DNA from: a virus
Lineage: Duplodnaviria; Caudoviricetes
IMG/VR virus record: IMGVR_UViG_3300012924_000002
Coordinates: 1 to 61,468 of that record
Reading direction: 5' to 3' (one strand)
Length of the DNA stretch: 61,468 nt
The translations under genes and the position numbers were made by a program. The notes under the pieces were generated by a model that was not told where the DNA came from, searched no databases, and saw only the letters and a list, made by a program, of their open reading frames with translations. Below are positions 1 to 9,735 of this stretch, one piece after another; the stretch's first letter is position 1; each line of letters begins with the position of its first letter.

Positions 1-123
1 ACGTCGGAATCGGAGACCACGTCGCCGGACTCGGCCTCCTGGTCGGCCTGCGCCGGGCGCAGGTAGGTGGACAGGCCAGCTGCCGCCTCAGCCCGCTTGT
101 GGGCTGCGATCTCCAGCTGAACA
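1..123. repeat. Terminal direct repeat (copy 1), circular overlap
   Basis: 1-123 is identical to 61346-61468 and lies inside an ORF that reads through the junction, implying a 61,345-bp circle. Confidence 0.95.
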
Positions 124-224
124 TTGCTGCCAGGTCCCGGGATGTTCGCCGGGTCGGAGCCGTCGAACGGGACAGTCGGGTCGGTGTTGCGCTGCTCGAA
201 GTCCGCGACTTCATCGGTTGCCAT
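1..224 (-). CDS. 5' part of a head-region protein that spans the window junction and continues to 61180
   Basis: ATG at 224 with GAGGAG upstream; MATDEVADFEQRNTDP... is in frame with ORF 61180..61365 after circularisation. Confidence 0.8.
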   Translation of the reverse strand, partial: MATDEVADFEQRNTDPTVPFDGSDPANIPGPGSNVQLEIAAHKRAEAAAGLSTYLRPAQADQEAESGDVVSDSD

Positions 225-236
225 GATTGAAGCTCC

Positions 237-593
237 TCACTCGGGGAAAACGATGGCTGCGGTGTTGGCTGTCACCGCTGGAGATGTGCCACCGATGGTC
301 GCTGTGACCCGGACCAACTGCTTGGTCATCTTCCCGAAGATCACACCGGAGCCGGCCGCGTTGAGGGATGCGGTGGCGGCGCCGGTAACCGCTGTCCAGC
401 TGGATCCGTCGTTCGACTCGTCGAGGCTGAAGACCACCGTCGGGCTGGTGCCCGTGATGGCCGTGATCTGGTACATGGCCAGGCAATACCCGGCCAGGCC
501 ACCCGCGGCGATAGGGCCACTGCTGATGGTGGCCGCCGCCGCCGCGAGGGTCAGCACGATGTCGCCTGACGCGTTCTGCAATCCGAACGGCAC
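237..593 (-). CDS. Small beta-rich virion protein (possible capsid decoration)
   Basis: Directly after the major capsid gene; AAGGAGG RBS; Ala/Thr/Gly-rich. Confidence 0.6.
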   Translation of the reverse strand: MPFGLQNASGDIVLTLAAAAATISSGPIAAGGLAGYCLAMYQITAITGTSPTVVFSLDESNDGSSWTAVTGAATASLNAAGSGVIFGKMTKQLVRVTATIGGTSPAVTANTAAIVFPE

Positions 594-645
594 TTCGACC
601 TCCTTCGGGTCGGACCGAAAAGTGGTTTTCGGCCGAAAATTCGGC

Positions 646-2109
646 TCAGAAGGTCGGGGCGATCATGCCGGTACCGGAGATCGCCTGCACCGCCGAGGTG
701 TAGCGCCGGAACGTGTACGCGAAGTAGCCGTACAGCACGAGTAGGACGCCCAGCGAAGCCGCCGCGGCCTGCTCCGCCCGGATGAACACCGGCGCGTTCG
801 GGTCCTCCCACAGGTGGCATTCCTGCGAGGACACGACGTAGATCCGGTCCTCGGTGCCGCCGCCCGCGGTCGTGGTCACGTTGTTGTCGGTGATCACGAC
901 GAGACCTGACGGGAGGACACCGCGAGCACCCTGGCCGTAGTCCCGGCCGTTCGAGGTTGCCAGCGGGGCACCCATGCCGCCCTGGAATCCGGGCGGAGTG
1001 GTCAGCGGCCACGAGTTGGTGAGCTGCGACTGCATCCAGAACCAGCGCCGCGCGTGCATGACCGCGATATCGGCCGAGCCGTAACCCAGCAGCGAAGTCT
1101 CCACGCCCGAGGCCGCACCCAGCAGCTTCGGCCACATCTCGGCCGCCGTCGGCGACGCGTCGACGTAGCTGTACGTCGTCGCGGCCAGAGCATCCAGACC
1201 GGTCGTGGCCTGGTTCAACAGCGTCGAGTCGAGGGTCGCCGCGTAACGGCGGAACAGGTCGTCCATGACGACGCCCTCAATGCCGGTGCCGCGCTCGATC
1301 GCCTGGCGGGACAGGGTCTGCTGCCCGGCCGCGGTCTGCACGTTCTCCGTGAGGAGCGTGTCGTCGATGTCGGTTGCCGACACGGCGACGTTCTCCGTCG
1401 CTTGCAGGGCCGCCGACGTTGCCGTGGTGATCCGGGAGATGTTGACGGTCATCCCGTTCGGGGGCAGGTCGTGGTGGTTGCAGGCGTCCGCGAACGGACG
1501 CAGGTTGCTCACCGCGGGGGCGTACATCTCGGTGAGGTACTGCGGGACGACGAGACCGGAGAACGCACCGGTGCCGGCCGCGCGCTCCAGGTACTGGCCC
1601 CGCTCGACGCGCTCCTCCTGCATGTGGCGCTGAAGCCGGGCGCTGGCCTGCACATCGTTGTAGAGGTACTGGTTGACGATGTCGGAAACGAACGCGCCAC
1701 CACGGCCCGTGTTGCCCTTGTTGTAGGTGCGCTGTTCCTGGCCGACCCGCGCCACCTCGTCGTAGGCGGGCTTCGCCCGGGTGTGGCCGTCACCGATCGC
1801 CTCAAGCGGGGCGCCGGACACACGCCGCTCGGCCAGCTGGTCATCGATGGCAAGCTCGCTCGCCTTCGTGCGCCGGGAGACTCCGAGCTTGTGTTCGATC
1901 CCGACGATGTTGGTCGACTCGCGCTGGAAGCGTTCCTGCGCGGCCTTGATGTCCTCATCCTCTTGGGGGGTGAGGCTCGCGCGGGACTCCTGCTTGGCCG
2001 AGGCGAGGATCGCCTTCACCTCGCCGAGGGCACGATCTCGGGCGCGCTTAGCTAGATCCAGCTCTGCTTCCTGGCTGATGATGATGTCGTCGATGCCGTA
2101 GCCCGACAT
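646..2109 (-). CDS. Major capsid protein (HK97 fold, N-terminal scaffold domain)
   Basis: Coiled-coil N-terminus, GLVVPQYL motif, position after protease, AAGGAG RBS. Confidence 0.9.
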   Translation of the reverse strand: MSGYGIDDIIISQEAELDLAKRARDRALGEVKAILASAKQESRASLTPQEDEDIKAAQERFQRESTNIVGIEHKLGVSRRTKASELAIDDQLAERRVSGAPLEAIGDGHTRAKPAYDEVARVGQEQRTYNKGNTGRGGAFVSDIVNQYLYNDVQASARLQRHMQEERVERGQYLERAAGTGAFSGLVVPQYLTEMYAPAVSNLRPFADACNHHDLPPNGMTVNISRITTATSAALQATENVAVSATDIDDTLLTENVQTAAGQQTLSRQAIERGTGIEGVVMDDLFRRYAATLDSTLLNQATTGLDALAATTYSYVDASPTAAEMWPKLLGAASGVETSLLGYGSADIAVMHARRWFWMQSQLTNSWPLTTPPGFQGGMGAPLATSNGRDYGQGARGVLPSGLVVITDNNVTTTAGGGTEDRIYVVSSQECHLWEDPNAPVFIRAEQAAAASLGVLLVLYGYFAYTFRRYTSAVQAISGTGMIAPTF

Positions 2110-2165
2110 GGTGACTCCTTCGCTTGACGGAATGTGTTCCGCCCGCGATGGATCGAGCCGCTATT

Positions 2166-2320
2166 CGGTCTGACCGCCGGGTCGCTCGTTCCTGGCGCCC
2201 GGTCTGACTGCCGTTTGGCCCGCGAGGCTTGCTCCAACCCTCTGGAGCTTTTGGAGAAAACTTGGGGGCGTAGCCGGGCTGATCACCGGTGGGCCGCCGG
2301 TCTGACTGCCGACTACGCCC
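2166..2320 (-). promoter_or_regulatory. Structured leader of the capsid gene with three CGGCRGTCAGACCG repeats
   Basis: Copies at 2166-2179, 2200-2213, 2298-2311 fold into two hairpins with internal loops. Confidence 0.6.
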
Positions 2321-2328
2321 CGAAACGC

Positions 2329-4098
2329 CTAAACGTCTAGGTCCGTGACCCCGAGGGCCGCGAACTCGGCCGCGATACGCGCGATACTACGGCCTTGGGG
2401 CTTGACAGGGGTAGATCCACTGGTTTCGGGGACGACCAGCCCGTCGGACGCTGCCGCCGGCTCGTTGCCGCTAGCCACCAGCGAGCGCCGCAGCTGAGTA
2501 ACCGGGGCGGCCTCCCGACTCGCATACCGGTAGGGCAGGTTATCCCAGCGCCGGACCATGCGCGGATCGGTCATAGCCCGCTCACCGCGCTTTTTCGTGC
2601 CGCTCGACCACACTCGGTCAGCCAGGCCGGCGTCCTGCGCCTCAGCCCCGGTGAACCAGGTCTCCTCGACCATCATCTGCAGCCAGTCTTCGGCGTTGCC
2701 CGACTTCACTGCGTACGTCTCGGCGATGTTGCGGTCCTGGCGCTGAAGGAACGTCTGGATCTGCCCGGCGACCTCCTCGTTGCCGTCGATCGTGGTCGAT
2801 GCCCGGTGCACCATCCACTGCGCGCCCGGCATCGTCGTGACCACGTCGCAGGCCATCAGGATGAGCGTGGCAGCGCTGGCGATGATGCCGTCACCCCACC
2901 CGCGGATCGTCTGCCCGCCGTCGGACGCATGCCGGATCGACGAGGCGATCGCTACGGCGTCCGTGACTGAGCCTCCCGGCGAGTTGACCCGCACGTTGAT
3001 CACCGGCGTATCGATCTTCGCGAGATCGCGGGCGAACTGGCTGGCGGTCACGCCCATCGACCCACCGATCTCGTCGTAGATCAGGATGTCGGTTTCCGCC
3101 GCGCCGACCGTTTCCGTAACGGTGCCATCTTCCGCCGCCGGGTCGTCGCCCAGTTCCGAACCGGTCACCGCGCGTACCTCATACCAGGGCAGCGCAACGT
3201 TCAGCAGCTCACGCGGGCCGTAGCCGGTCGCCTCCGCGAGCACCGCGTAACGCTCAGCCGTGTTCGCCCGGCGCCACTGCAGCATCCGCACGTGCGGGCT
3301 GGCGGTGCGGTCCACCATCGGTGGCTTCACGACGATTCGCTCCCGGGCCTCCGTCTGCCGTTCGACGTCAGCGACGCTGAGGCGGGCCGCAGCCTCCTCG
3401 CGTGCCGCCCGCGGCAGGTGGTCAAGGGCACGCATGAACTCGCCGGCCGAGCCGGCAATGTCCGTGTACGGGTTCGCACCGTTGTTAACGGCGCTGACGT
3501 CGCCACCGTCCAGGTCATAGGCGCGAATCTGGAAGGTGGTGAAGTCGTCCGTCCACACCCCCTGACCCTCGGGGATCATGAACGCGAAGGACATCTCTTC
3601 GACGTCGCCATCCTTGACGGCCGCGGCGAGTATCTGCACGTCGCCGCGCTCCAGGTTCATCCATGACTCGTGGTGCCCGCCGGTGCTGTCCTCGGTGAGG
3701 ATCAAACTGCCGGTCTTCGTCCGGGCCATTGCGACCCCGAGATGGTTGACCAGAAAGCACACGTTCGGCCGGGCCGCCAGGGTGGCCGCACCAGAGCCCC
3801 CCATGGTCATTTCGACGTAGACGCCATAGTCGTCCCACATCTCGTAACCACGCTCGTAGGCGGTGAAGTAACCCAGGGTGTGGAACTGAAGTTTCCCCGA
3901 CGGACCGGGCTCTTTGGTGCCGCGCATCATCGTCTGGATGGACACTCGCCGGGCGCGGGGCACCCCCGCCACCAGGCTGCGCTGTCGCATGAACGCAGCC
4001 GAGTCGTTGCCGTCCCGTTCAGCTGCCCGTTCTGCTGCGGCGCGCCGTGCGTCCGCGGCGCGCCGTTCGATCTGCGTCGTCACGCTGCTTCCCCTCAC
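2329..4098 (-). CDS. Prohead protease: HK97-type protease fused to a ClpP-like domain
   Basis: N-half FLVNH...MARTK.GSL...EMSFAF; C-half ILIYDEIG...VRVNSPGG...IIASAATLI...MVH...ETWF. Confidence 0.85.
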   Translation of the reverse strand: MRGSSVTTQIERRAADARRAAAERAAERDGNDSAAFMRQRSLVAGVPRARRVSIQTMMRGTKEPGPSGKLQFHTLGYFTAYERGYEMWDDYGVYVEMTMGGSGAATLAARPNVCFLVNHLGVAMARTKTGSLILTEDSTGGHHESWMNLERGDVQILAAAVKDGDVEEMSFAFMIPEGQGVWTDDFTTFQIRAYDLDGGDVSAVNNGANPYTDIAGSAGEFMRALDHLPRAAREEAAARLSVADVERQTEARERIVVKPPMVDRTASPHVRMLQWRRANTAERYAVLAEATGYGPRELLNVALPWYEVRAVTGSELGDDPAAEDGTVTETVGAAETDILIYDEIGGSMGVTASQFARDLAKIDTPVINVRVNSPGGSVTDAVAIASSIRHASDGGQTIRGWGDGIIASAATLILMACDVVTTMPGAQWMVHRASTTIDGNEEVAGQIQTFLQRQDRNIAETYAVKSGNAEDWLQMMVEETWFTGAEAQDAGLADRVWSSGTKKRGERAMTDPRMVRRWDNLPYRYASREAAPVTQLRRSLVASGNEPAAASDGLVVPETSGSTPVKPQGRSIARIAAEFAALGVTDLDV

Positions 4099-5417
4099 TT
4101 CGTCGCCGGTGCCGGTTGCACAGGTGCGCCATCACTGGAGGCCGAGTCTCCCGAACTGCCCCCACCCGGCGCTAGAGCCGGAACTGTTTCGGCCTCGCCG
4201 GGCGTCGGCGGTCCCGCGCCGGACGCCTTCGGCTTGCCGTAGATCTCGGTCATCTCCTTGACCTGCTCGGGCGTCAACGGTCCCTTGTCGTCGAGCAACC
4301 GGGCTTCCGTGTTGGTCGACTGCCAGGTCTCGATCTGCGAGCGGATCAACTGCTGGCGGCTGATCGGATCCAGCCGCAGCAGTGCGTCGGTGTTCAGCTT
4401 CACGTAGCGCGGCGCCGGCAGCAGGTTCGTCAGCGCCTCCTCACGCCGGTTGATACCCGGCCCGAGGTGGATGATCAGGAACTCAAGGTTGCGCTGGCTG
4501 ATGTTCGCGTACGTGATCGACTGCCCGGACACGGCGGCGTCGATGATGTCCGACGGGACCGCGAAAAAGCGGGCGATGTCGCCGAGGCCGAAACGGCGGC
4601 CTTCCAGCCACTCCATGCCGGCCTGCTCCGCCTGAATCATGTTGTATTCCCAGTCGTTACCCGTCACCATCAGGTCGCCGTTCTGGATGGTGTCGTGGTA
4701 CCACTGCTTCGCCGAGTCCCGCTCGATGTCACCGAGCCTCTTGACGGTGTTCTTCATCCACGCTTTCGGTACGCCACCGGAGCTGAACCAGTCGTTCGCG
4801 TACTGCTGCAGCGACAGGTACTCGCCGATGCTGGCAGCCGCGTACACCAGCGGAGACAGGCCGATCGGGGTGCCCGACCACGGGTACTGCCGCTCGTGGT
4901 AGACGTCGGGCAGGTTGTACATCTTGCCCGCGATGCGCCACATCCGCTTGCCCTTGTACTGGATCAGCGAACAGCTGCGGGTGTCCTGCAGCTGGATCTC
5001 CGCGGGCAGGCCCTCCGGGTAGAACTGCGTCTTTACGCCGTTGCGTGCCGTGATCAACCCCACGGTGTTGCCCACGTAGTCGAGGTCGTGTTGGCTGGCC
5101 CACATCCACTGTTTGTACGTCCAGCCCTGCCCGCCCGGGGAGTAGAACAGGGGCGGCCGCGGCAGCTCGACAGGCCGGTCACCCATATCGCGCAGGAACC
5201 GCGGCGGGAACGTAGAGATCAGGTCCGCCCGGATCCTGGTCGCGGCCCACACACCGGAGTGCCGTAGGCCGCGGTCCTCGTTCACCAGTACGGCACCGTG
5301 CCGACCCACGCTTTGGCGGCCCGGGATGAGCGCCCCGCCGTTGTCCATGAAGCCTGTGAGGCCGCTGAACTCGCGCCGCTGCCTAGATTGCGTGTACGCG
5401 CGACGGAACATGCTCAC
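4095..5417 (-). CDS. Portal protein (HK97 family)
   Basis: GLSPL motif, IARFFAVP, TYAN; lies between terminase and protease. Confidence 0.92.
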   Translation of the reverse strand: MSMFRRAYTQSRQRREFSGLTGFMDNGGALIPGRQSVGRHGAVLVNEDRGLRHSGVWAATRIRADLISTFPPRFLRDMGDRPVELPRPPLFYSPGGQGWTYKQWMWASQHDLDYVGNTVGLITARNGVKTQFYPEGLPAEIQLQDTRSCSLIQYKGKRMWRIAGKMYNLPDVYHERQYPWSGTPIGLSPLVYAAASIGEYLSLQQYANDWFSSGGVPKAWMKNTVKRLGDIERDSAKQWYHDTIQNGDLMVTGNDWEYNMIQAEQAGMEWLEGRRFGLGDIARFFAVPSDIIDAAVSGQSITYANISQRNLEFLIIHLGPGINRREEALTNLLPAPRYVKLNTDALLRLDPISRQQLIRSQIETWQSTNTEARLLDDKGPLTPEQVKEMTEIYGKPKASGAGPPTPGEAETVPALAPGGGSSGDSASSDGAPVQPAPATK

Positions 5418-5421
5418 TAGA

Positions 5422-5730
5422 TCACCTTCCGCTCACGTGCAGGCTTCCCGGGTCGGTCGGGCCGGGAAGCGGCCTCAACGGGATCGGCGAGACCGGATTT
5501 ACGGTGTCGTCCGGACGCGAGCGGAGCCACCCGGCTATCGAGTTCAACACGACGACGATCACGCCACCGATCGCCACAGCATACGGTCCGAGCACCGGAA
5601 ACAGCCCCCACGAGATGCCGCCGGCAATAGCGAGGCCGCCGGCCACGTCCAGCCACGTCGACAGGTGCTCCTTCAGCGGCTCCGAATCGTCGCCGGCCAC
5701 GACGGGCAGATTCTCCAGCGGCCGGCTCAT
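5422..5730 (-). CDS. Small two-TM membrane protein
   Basis: ATGA overlap with TerL stop; two hydrophobic segments. Confidence 0.65.
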   Translation of the reverse strand: MSRPLENLPVVAGDDSEPLKEHLSTWLDVAGGLAIAGGISWGLFPVLGPYAVAIGGVIVVVLNSIAGWLRSRPDDTVNPVSPIPLRPLPGPTDPGSLHVSGR

Positions 5731-7367
5731 CCCAGCGACTCCATCACGTCGTAAGAGCCGCCCAGCCACTCCTGAGCGTCGCCGGCCGCTATCGCCAACG
5801 TCGCCGCGTACACCGGGCCGGTGTCCGCGGTCGACTCGTCGCGGTGCCAACTCCACCGGTCGCCGTGGAAATGCTTCACCAGGCCGCCTACGCTCTGATC
5901 GAATTCGGGCTGCCCGGAGTGCTGCAGCCTGCGCAACGTCGGGGCGTTGTCCTCGTCATCGTCAGTCTCCCCGGTCAGGTTGTAGAACGTCGCGCAGGCT
6001 GCGGTCACCTTCGGACTGGGTAACAGCTCGATCGTGAGGTCGACGTTCTCGTCGATCGCTGCCCTCTTCAACGGCGTGTACAGGCCCTCGATAGGCCCGT
6101 TGCGATCGATACCAACCGCGCACACCTTCCGGTTACGGGCCAACGCGATGATCGCGTCTTGCAGCCAGTCCACCCTCGCGCGGCGGTCGATCAGCTCTAC
6201 GTACACGTCACCCTTCTCCTCAACCTGCGCTGCCATGCTGATGGATGCGCTGCTCAGCTGCCGGTTCGCATCGACACCCAACGCGATCGGCTCGCGGAAG
6301 TCGGGAGACCCCGTGCGGCGCAACCCCCACGCCTCACGGCTGATCGTCTTCCACTCCACCACCTGCGTGGTCGGGAAAATCCCCAGGTACTCCGCCGCGA
6401 AGTCCGCTAGCTTGCCCTCGTCGGCAGCGGTCCGGTAGTCCTCCTGGATGCGTGACTCCGGGACCGTGAAACCAAGACCTGGCATGGTGCGCCACCACAC
6501 GTCAGGGTCGCCGCAGTTGACGTCCTCGATCTTCTCCGCTGCGGAGAACTCGAAGTAGGCCCGGCCATGCCGCATATCCGCCCGCACGCGCTGGCGGCCG
6601 GCCTCCATCCGCAGCCTGAGCCACGGCCAGGCGTCCGGCGCGACCCTGGACGCACCCGGCACCATCGACAGCGCCCACAGCTGCGACCATGGCCGGGTCA
6701 TCATGGCGGGGCGCATACCCAGCTCGGTGCGGTTGTCAGGCCGTGACCACGCCTCGTCGATGACCCCCAGGTCGATCGAGTCGCCGGTACCGCCTGTCTT
6801 ACCTGTCGTCGACCCGGGCGACCAGGACGAACCGTTGACCCAGCGCATCTCCTCCTTGTTCTGCGTCAAGGTTGGCGACTGCGCCCACATCTGCCGAAAC
6901 GGTGACTGTTTGATCGCCTCCACGTGCTTACGGCGCCAGCGCACCCGGGCGTCGTCGGCGGTCTGCGCCGTGAAGAACACCCGCTGAGGGCCAGGCTCGG
7001 GGACCTTGATCCCGTACTCCCGGCGGGCAAACTCGACGAGTTCATGGCCGACGCCGGTACATCGGTGGATCATCACCGGCTCGATCTGCTGCGTCTTCCC
7101 GCTCACCTGACGAGGACCGACGAACGTCACATCCGAGTAGGCGAACAGCCCCGTCCTCTCGTCGATCTCCAGCGACACATCCCAGATGTACTGCTGGTGC
7201 GGCATGGGCGGCATCCCCATAGCCGTCGCGATCTTCCCGACCGCCGGGCCGAGTGTCAGTCGGCTAGGGGTCCTTCGGGTAGCGAACCTCGGCGGACACG
7301 GGAGCTCCTCCGGAGCTAGGTGTGCTGAGGAGTTCAGCCAGGAGTTCTCGATCATGGGAATTCGCAT
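5727..7367 (-). CDS. terL: Terminase large subunit (start may be 7355)
   Basis: PMPHQ, PRQVSGKT Walker A, VIDEAW Walker B, ALGVDA nuclease motif; upstream of portal. Confidence 0.92.
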   Translation of the reverse strand: MRIPMIENSWLNSSAHLAPEELPCPPRFATRRTPSRLTLGPAVGKIATAMGMPPMPHQQYIWDVSLEIDERTGLFAYSDVTFVGPRQVSGKTQQIEPVMIHRCTGVGHELVEFARREYGIKVPEPGPQRVFFTAQTADDARVRWRRKHVEAIKQSPFRQMWAQSPTLTQNKEEMRWVNGSSWSPGSTTGKTGGTGDSIDLGVIDEAWSRPDNRTELGMRPAMMTRPWSQLWALSMVPGASRVAPDAWPWLRLRMEAGRQRVRADMRHGRAYFEFSAAEKIEDVNCGDPDVWWRTMPGLGFTVPESRIQEDYRTAADEGKLADFAAEYLGIFPTTQVVEWKTISREAWGLRRTGSPDFREPIALGVDANRQLSSASISMAAQVEEKGDVYVELIDRRARVDWLQDAIIALARNRKVCAVGIDRNGPIEGLYTPLKRAAIDENVDLTIELLPSPKVTAACATFYNLTGETDDDEDNAPTLRRLQHSGQPEFDQSVGGLVKHFHGDRWSWHRDESTADTGPVYAATLAIAAGDAQEWLGGSYDVMESLG

Positions 7368-7701
7368 CCTCCCCGGTCATGATCTGGTTCAGTGTGATCC
7401 GCAGCGTGTCCACAGCCTTGGCGGTCTGGCTGGCGGGCTCCTCGTCGCCGCGGGCGTCGATGACTCTTGCCAGCTTGCGGGCCAGGGCCGCGAGCGCGAA
7501 CTTCCCGGGCCGGATGCGCTCGGCCAGGGCTGCGAGGTCGTCCTCCACAGCCTTTTCCACAGGCCCGACCTCGCGGGCCTGTGGCTCCTGAATCCACGGC
7601 GTCTCGTCGTCCGACTCGAAGCGGGCACACGGCCGGTCACCGCAGCCCGCCGACCACTGGGATGGACACTGCCGGGCGTCCAAGATCCGGCAACTAGCCA
7701 T
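7264..7701 (-). CDS. terS: Terminase small subunit
   Basis: Helical GPVEKAVEDDL...LARKLARVID; overlaps the TerL start. Confidence 0.65.
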   Translation of the reverse strand: MASCRILDARQCPSQWSAGCGDRPCARFESDDETPWIQEPQAREVGPVEKAVEDDLAALAERIRPGKFALAALARKLARVIDARGDEEPASQTAKAVDTLRITLNQIMTGEDANSHDRELLAELLSTPSSGGAPVSAEVRYPKDP

Positions 7702-7706
7702 GCCGC

Positions 7707-8129
7707 TCAGCTCCCCGACGGCCACTCGGGATGCACCGCGAGGAACGCGTTCACCAGGAAGTTCAGCGACTGCGCCTGCACCACCGACTGGTCGCCATAC
7801 CTCCACACCGTGGCTACGTACCGGGTGAACGACAGGTCCATGCCGGGTTCGTAGCTGTCCGTCGCGACCACCTGGATCCAGAACGGCCAACGTCGCCTAG
7901 GCGCCGCCTCCTGCACGCCGTTCAACCAGCCGTTGACGAACTCCAGCGTCTCCAGACCGCCCGGCTGCGGGGGGTGGATCTCCGGTGCGCGCACCCCATC
8001 AAGGCGCAACTCGGCCCGGTAGCAGACGTTGAACCCGCAGTCGACGAGCATGAAAAACGAGTCACCGTCGTGAGGCTTCGACAGGGCTGAACGGAACCCC
8101 CACGCCAGAGACGACGAGGTGGCGATCAC
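7707..8129 (-). CDS. Thermonuclease (SNase)-like protein
   Basis: HDGDS...VDCGF...LRLDGVRAPE...RYVATV motifs. Confidence 0.75.
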   Translation of the reverse strand: MIATSSSLAWGFRSALSKPHDGDSFFMLVDCGFNVCYRAELRLDGVRAPEIHPPQPGGLETLEFVNGWLNGVQEAAPRRRWPFWIQVVATDSYEPGMDLSFTRYVATVWRYGDQSVVQAQSLNFLVNAFLAVHPEWPSGS

Positions 8130-9109
8130 GCCGTGAATCCCTTCCGGCGGGTCCATATCCGAACGTCGTGCCGCAAGTGGACGGCCTGGGTGGGTGATAT
8201 GAAGTCGGAGTGAGTCGTCAGCAGCCGCTTGATTGACTTCGCGTCGTACAGCTCCTCATCAGCGGCATCGACCACAGGAGCCGGCGCAGGAGTTGGCGAA
8301 GGCGCAGGAGTTGGTACTGGAGGGTTCGGGTCAGGGGTCGGAAACGGATTCGGGCCGCCGGTCAGCGCGGCGAAATTCGCACCCAACGCGGCGAGGTCGA
8401 GAGCCCCGGCATACGCGTTGGCCCCCAAGGCCGTGATCGTCTCGTCGGTGACACCCACCCAGGCTTCATCCGTGTAGGTGGTCCAGAACTCCCGCGACAT
8501 CTTCTGCACGGTGCCCCACGTCAACACGTACAGCCAGTCGGCGTCGTAGCCGACCAGGACCACGCAGTGCCCGCCGTCGATCGGGCTGCCCTTCTCCACC
8601 GTCCACGGCATCCCGATGTTGAACTGCTCCATCGCCGACTCGGGGAAGTTGAAGCCAATCACCACCTGGCCGAAGATGAAAACGGCTAGTTCGATCTCCG
8701 TCCAGTCGGACAGCTTCACCGCGGCAAACGCGGTCAGCTTGTGGCCACCAAACACGCCCTTCTTGCGCCAGTAGTCCAGGGCGTCTTGAACGACGGTCCC
8801 CCGGTCGGTGCTCGGAACGTTCGGGTTGTAGCCGGTCAACGTGGTGTACAGCGCGAGCGTGTCAGCCGTCGAAACGACCTGCTCAGCGCCTGTGGCGTAC
8901 TGGGTATCCTGTTCGACGACGTGGCCCACCCCCGCCTCGACACAGTCCCCCGCCTCGTCGTTCCCCAGCATCCCGATGTCCGGCATGTTGTCGTAAATCA
9001 CGCTGGTCGGCGGAGTCGGCAGACCGCCCGGCCCGAGTGCCGACCGAAGCTCTAGACGTGGTCGGCCTGGTTGGGCCGGCAGCTTGCCGGTGCGCAGTGT
9101 GCGGGGCAT
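8126..9109 (-). CDS. Papain-like cysteine peptidase
   Basis: MLGND.AGDCV (Cys), GGHCVVLVGYD (His), LTWG; Pro-rich C-terminal linker. Confidence 0.7.
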   Translation of the reverse strand: MPRTLRTGKLPAQPGRPRLELRSALGPGGLPTPPTSVIYDNMPDIGMLGNDEAGDCVEAGVGHVVEQDTQYATGAEQVVSTADTLALYTTLTGYNPNVPSTDRGTVVQDALDYWRKKGVFGGHKLTAFAAVKLSDWTEIELAVFIFGQVVIGFNFPESAMEQFNIGMPWTVEKGSPIDGGHCVVLVGYDADWLYVLTWGTVQKMSREFWTTYTDEAWVGVTDETITALGANAYAGALDLAALGANFAALTGGPNPFPTPDPNPPVPTPAPSPTPAPAPVVDAADEELYDAKSIKRLLTTHSDFISPTQAVHLRHDVRIWTRRKGFTA

Positions 9110-9261
9110 AAACGCCTCATCCTCTCCGTTACCCTGGACGTCACGCATCCCCCGTGACGTGAGACAGGGGAAGCGTGACCTGTGCGCAGTGTAAGTCCGG
9201 AGCCGACCTCTCAACGAGAGCGTGTCGGATGCGCCTGTCAGCATCGAGAAGGGGTCCAACC

Positions 9262-9732
9262 GTGCAGTTCGCCAACCAGCCGCCGAAACCACGCCACACC
9301 GGACGCAACATCACCCTCATCGCGTTGGCCGTGCTCCTCGGCCTATGCGGCCTCATCGGCGGTATCGCCGGGGCCATCACCTTCGCCACGTCGTCCCCCA
9401 CACCCCCGGCGTTGTCCGCCGGACAGACGCCGGACAGTGCCGGACAGCCGGACAGTGCCGGACAGCTCAGCGGCAAAGCTGGACCTGCGGTCAAGTCGAC
9501 CGTCGGGGGTGACGACGTCGTCCACGTCGGCCAGGACATTCCCGCAGGCACCTACCGGGTAGTCACGGCCGTCACCAAAGACGCCCTCTGCTACTGGTCG
9601 AAGAGTTCCGACGCTGAAGGCGCCAACATCATCGACAACGGGATACCCGCCGGCGGACGGCCCCAGGTCACCCTCAAGGCCGGCCAATGGTTCACCTCCC
9701 GCGGCTGCCCTACCTGGTCGAAGGTCGGCTGA
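9262..9732 (+). CDS. Membrane-anchored surface protein
   Basis: One TM helix, then VGQDIPAGTY...CYW...F.SRGC.TW domain typical of actinobacterial surface proteins. Confidence 0.7.
   Translation: MQFANQPPKPRHTGRNITLIALAVLLGLCGLIGGIAGAITFATSSPTPPALSAGQTPDSAGQPDSAGQLSGKAGPAVKSTVGGDDVVHVGQDIPAGTYRVVTAVTKDALCYWSKSSDAEGANIIDNGIPAGGRPQVTLKAGQWFTSRGCPTWSKVG
9418..9465 (+). repeat. Five direct copies of GCCGGACAG
   Basis: Copies start at 9418, 9429, 9439, 9447, 9457. Confidence 0.85.
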
Positions 9733-9735
9733 GAC

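Noticed and set aside
1-123. 123-bp end repeat as a biological terminal repeat or att site
   Set aside because: It lies mid-gene in the structural operon and is best explained as assembly overlap of a circle.
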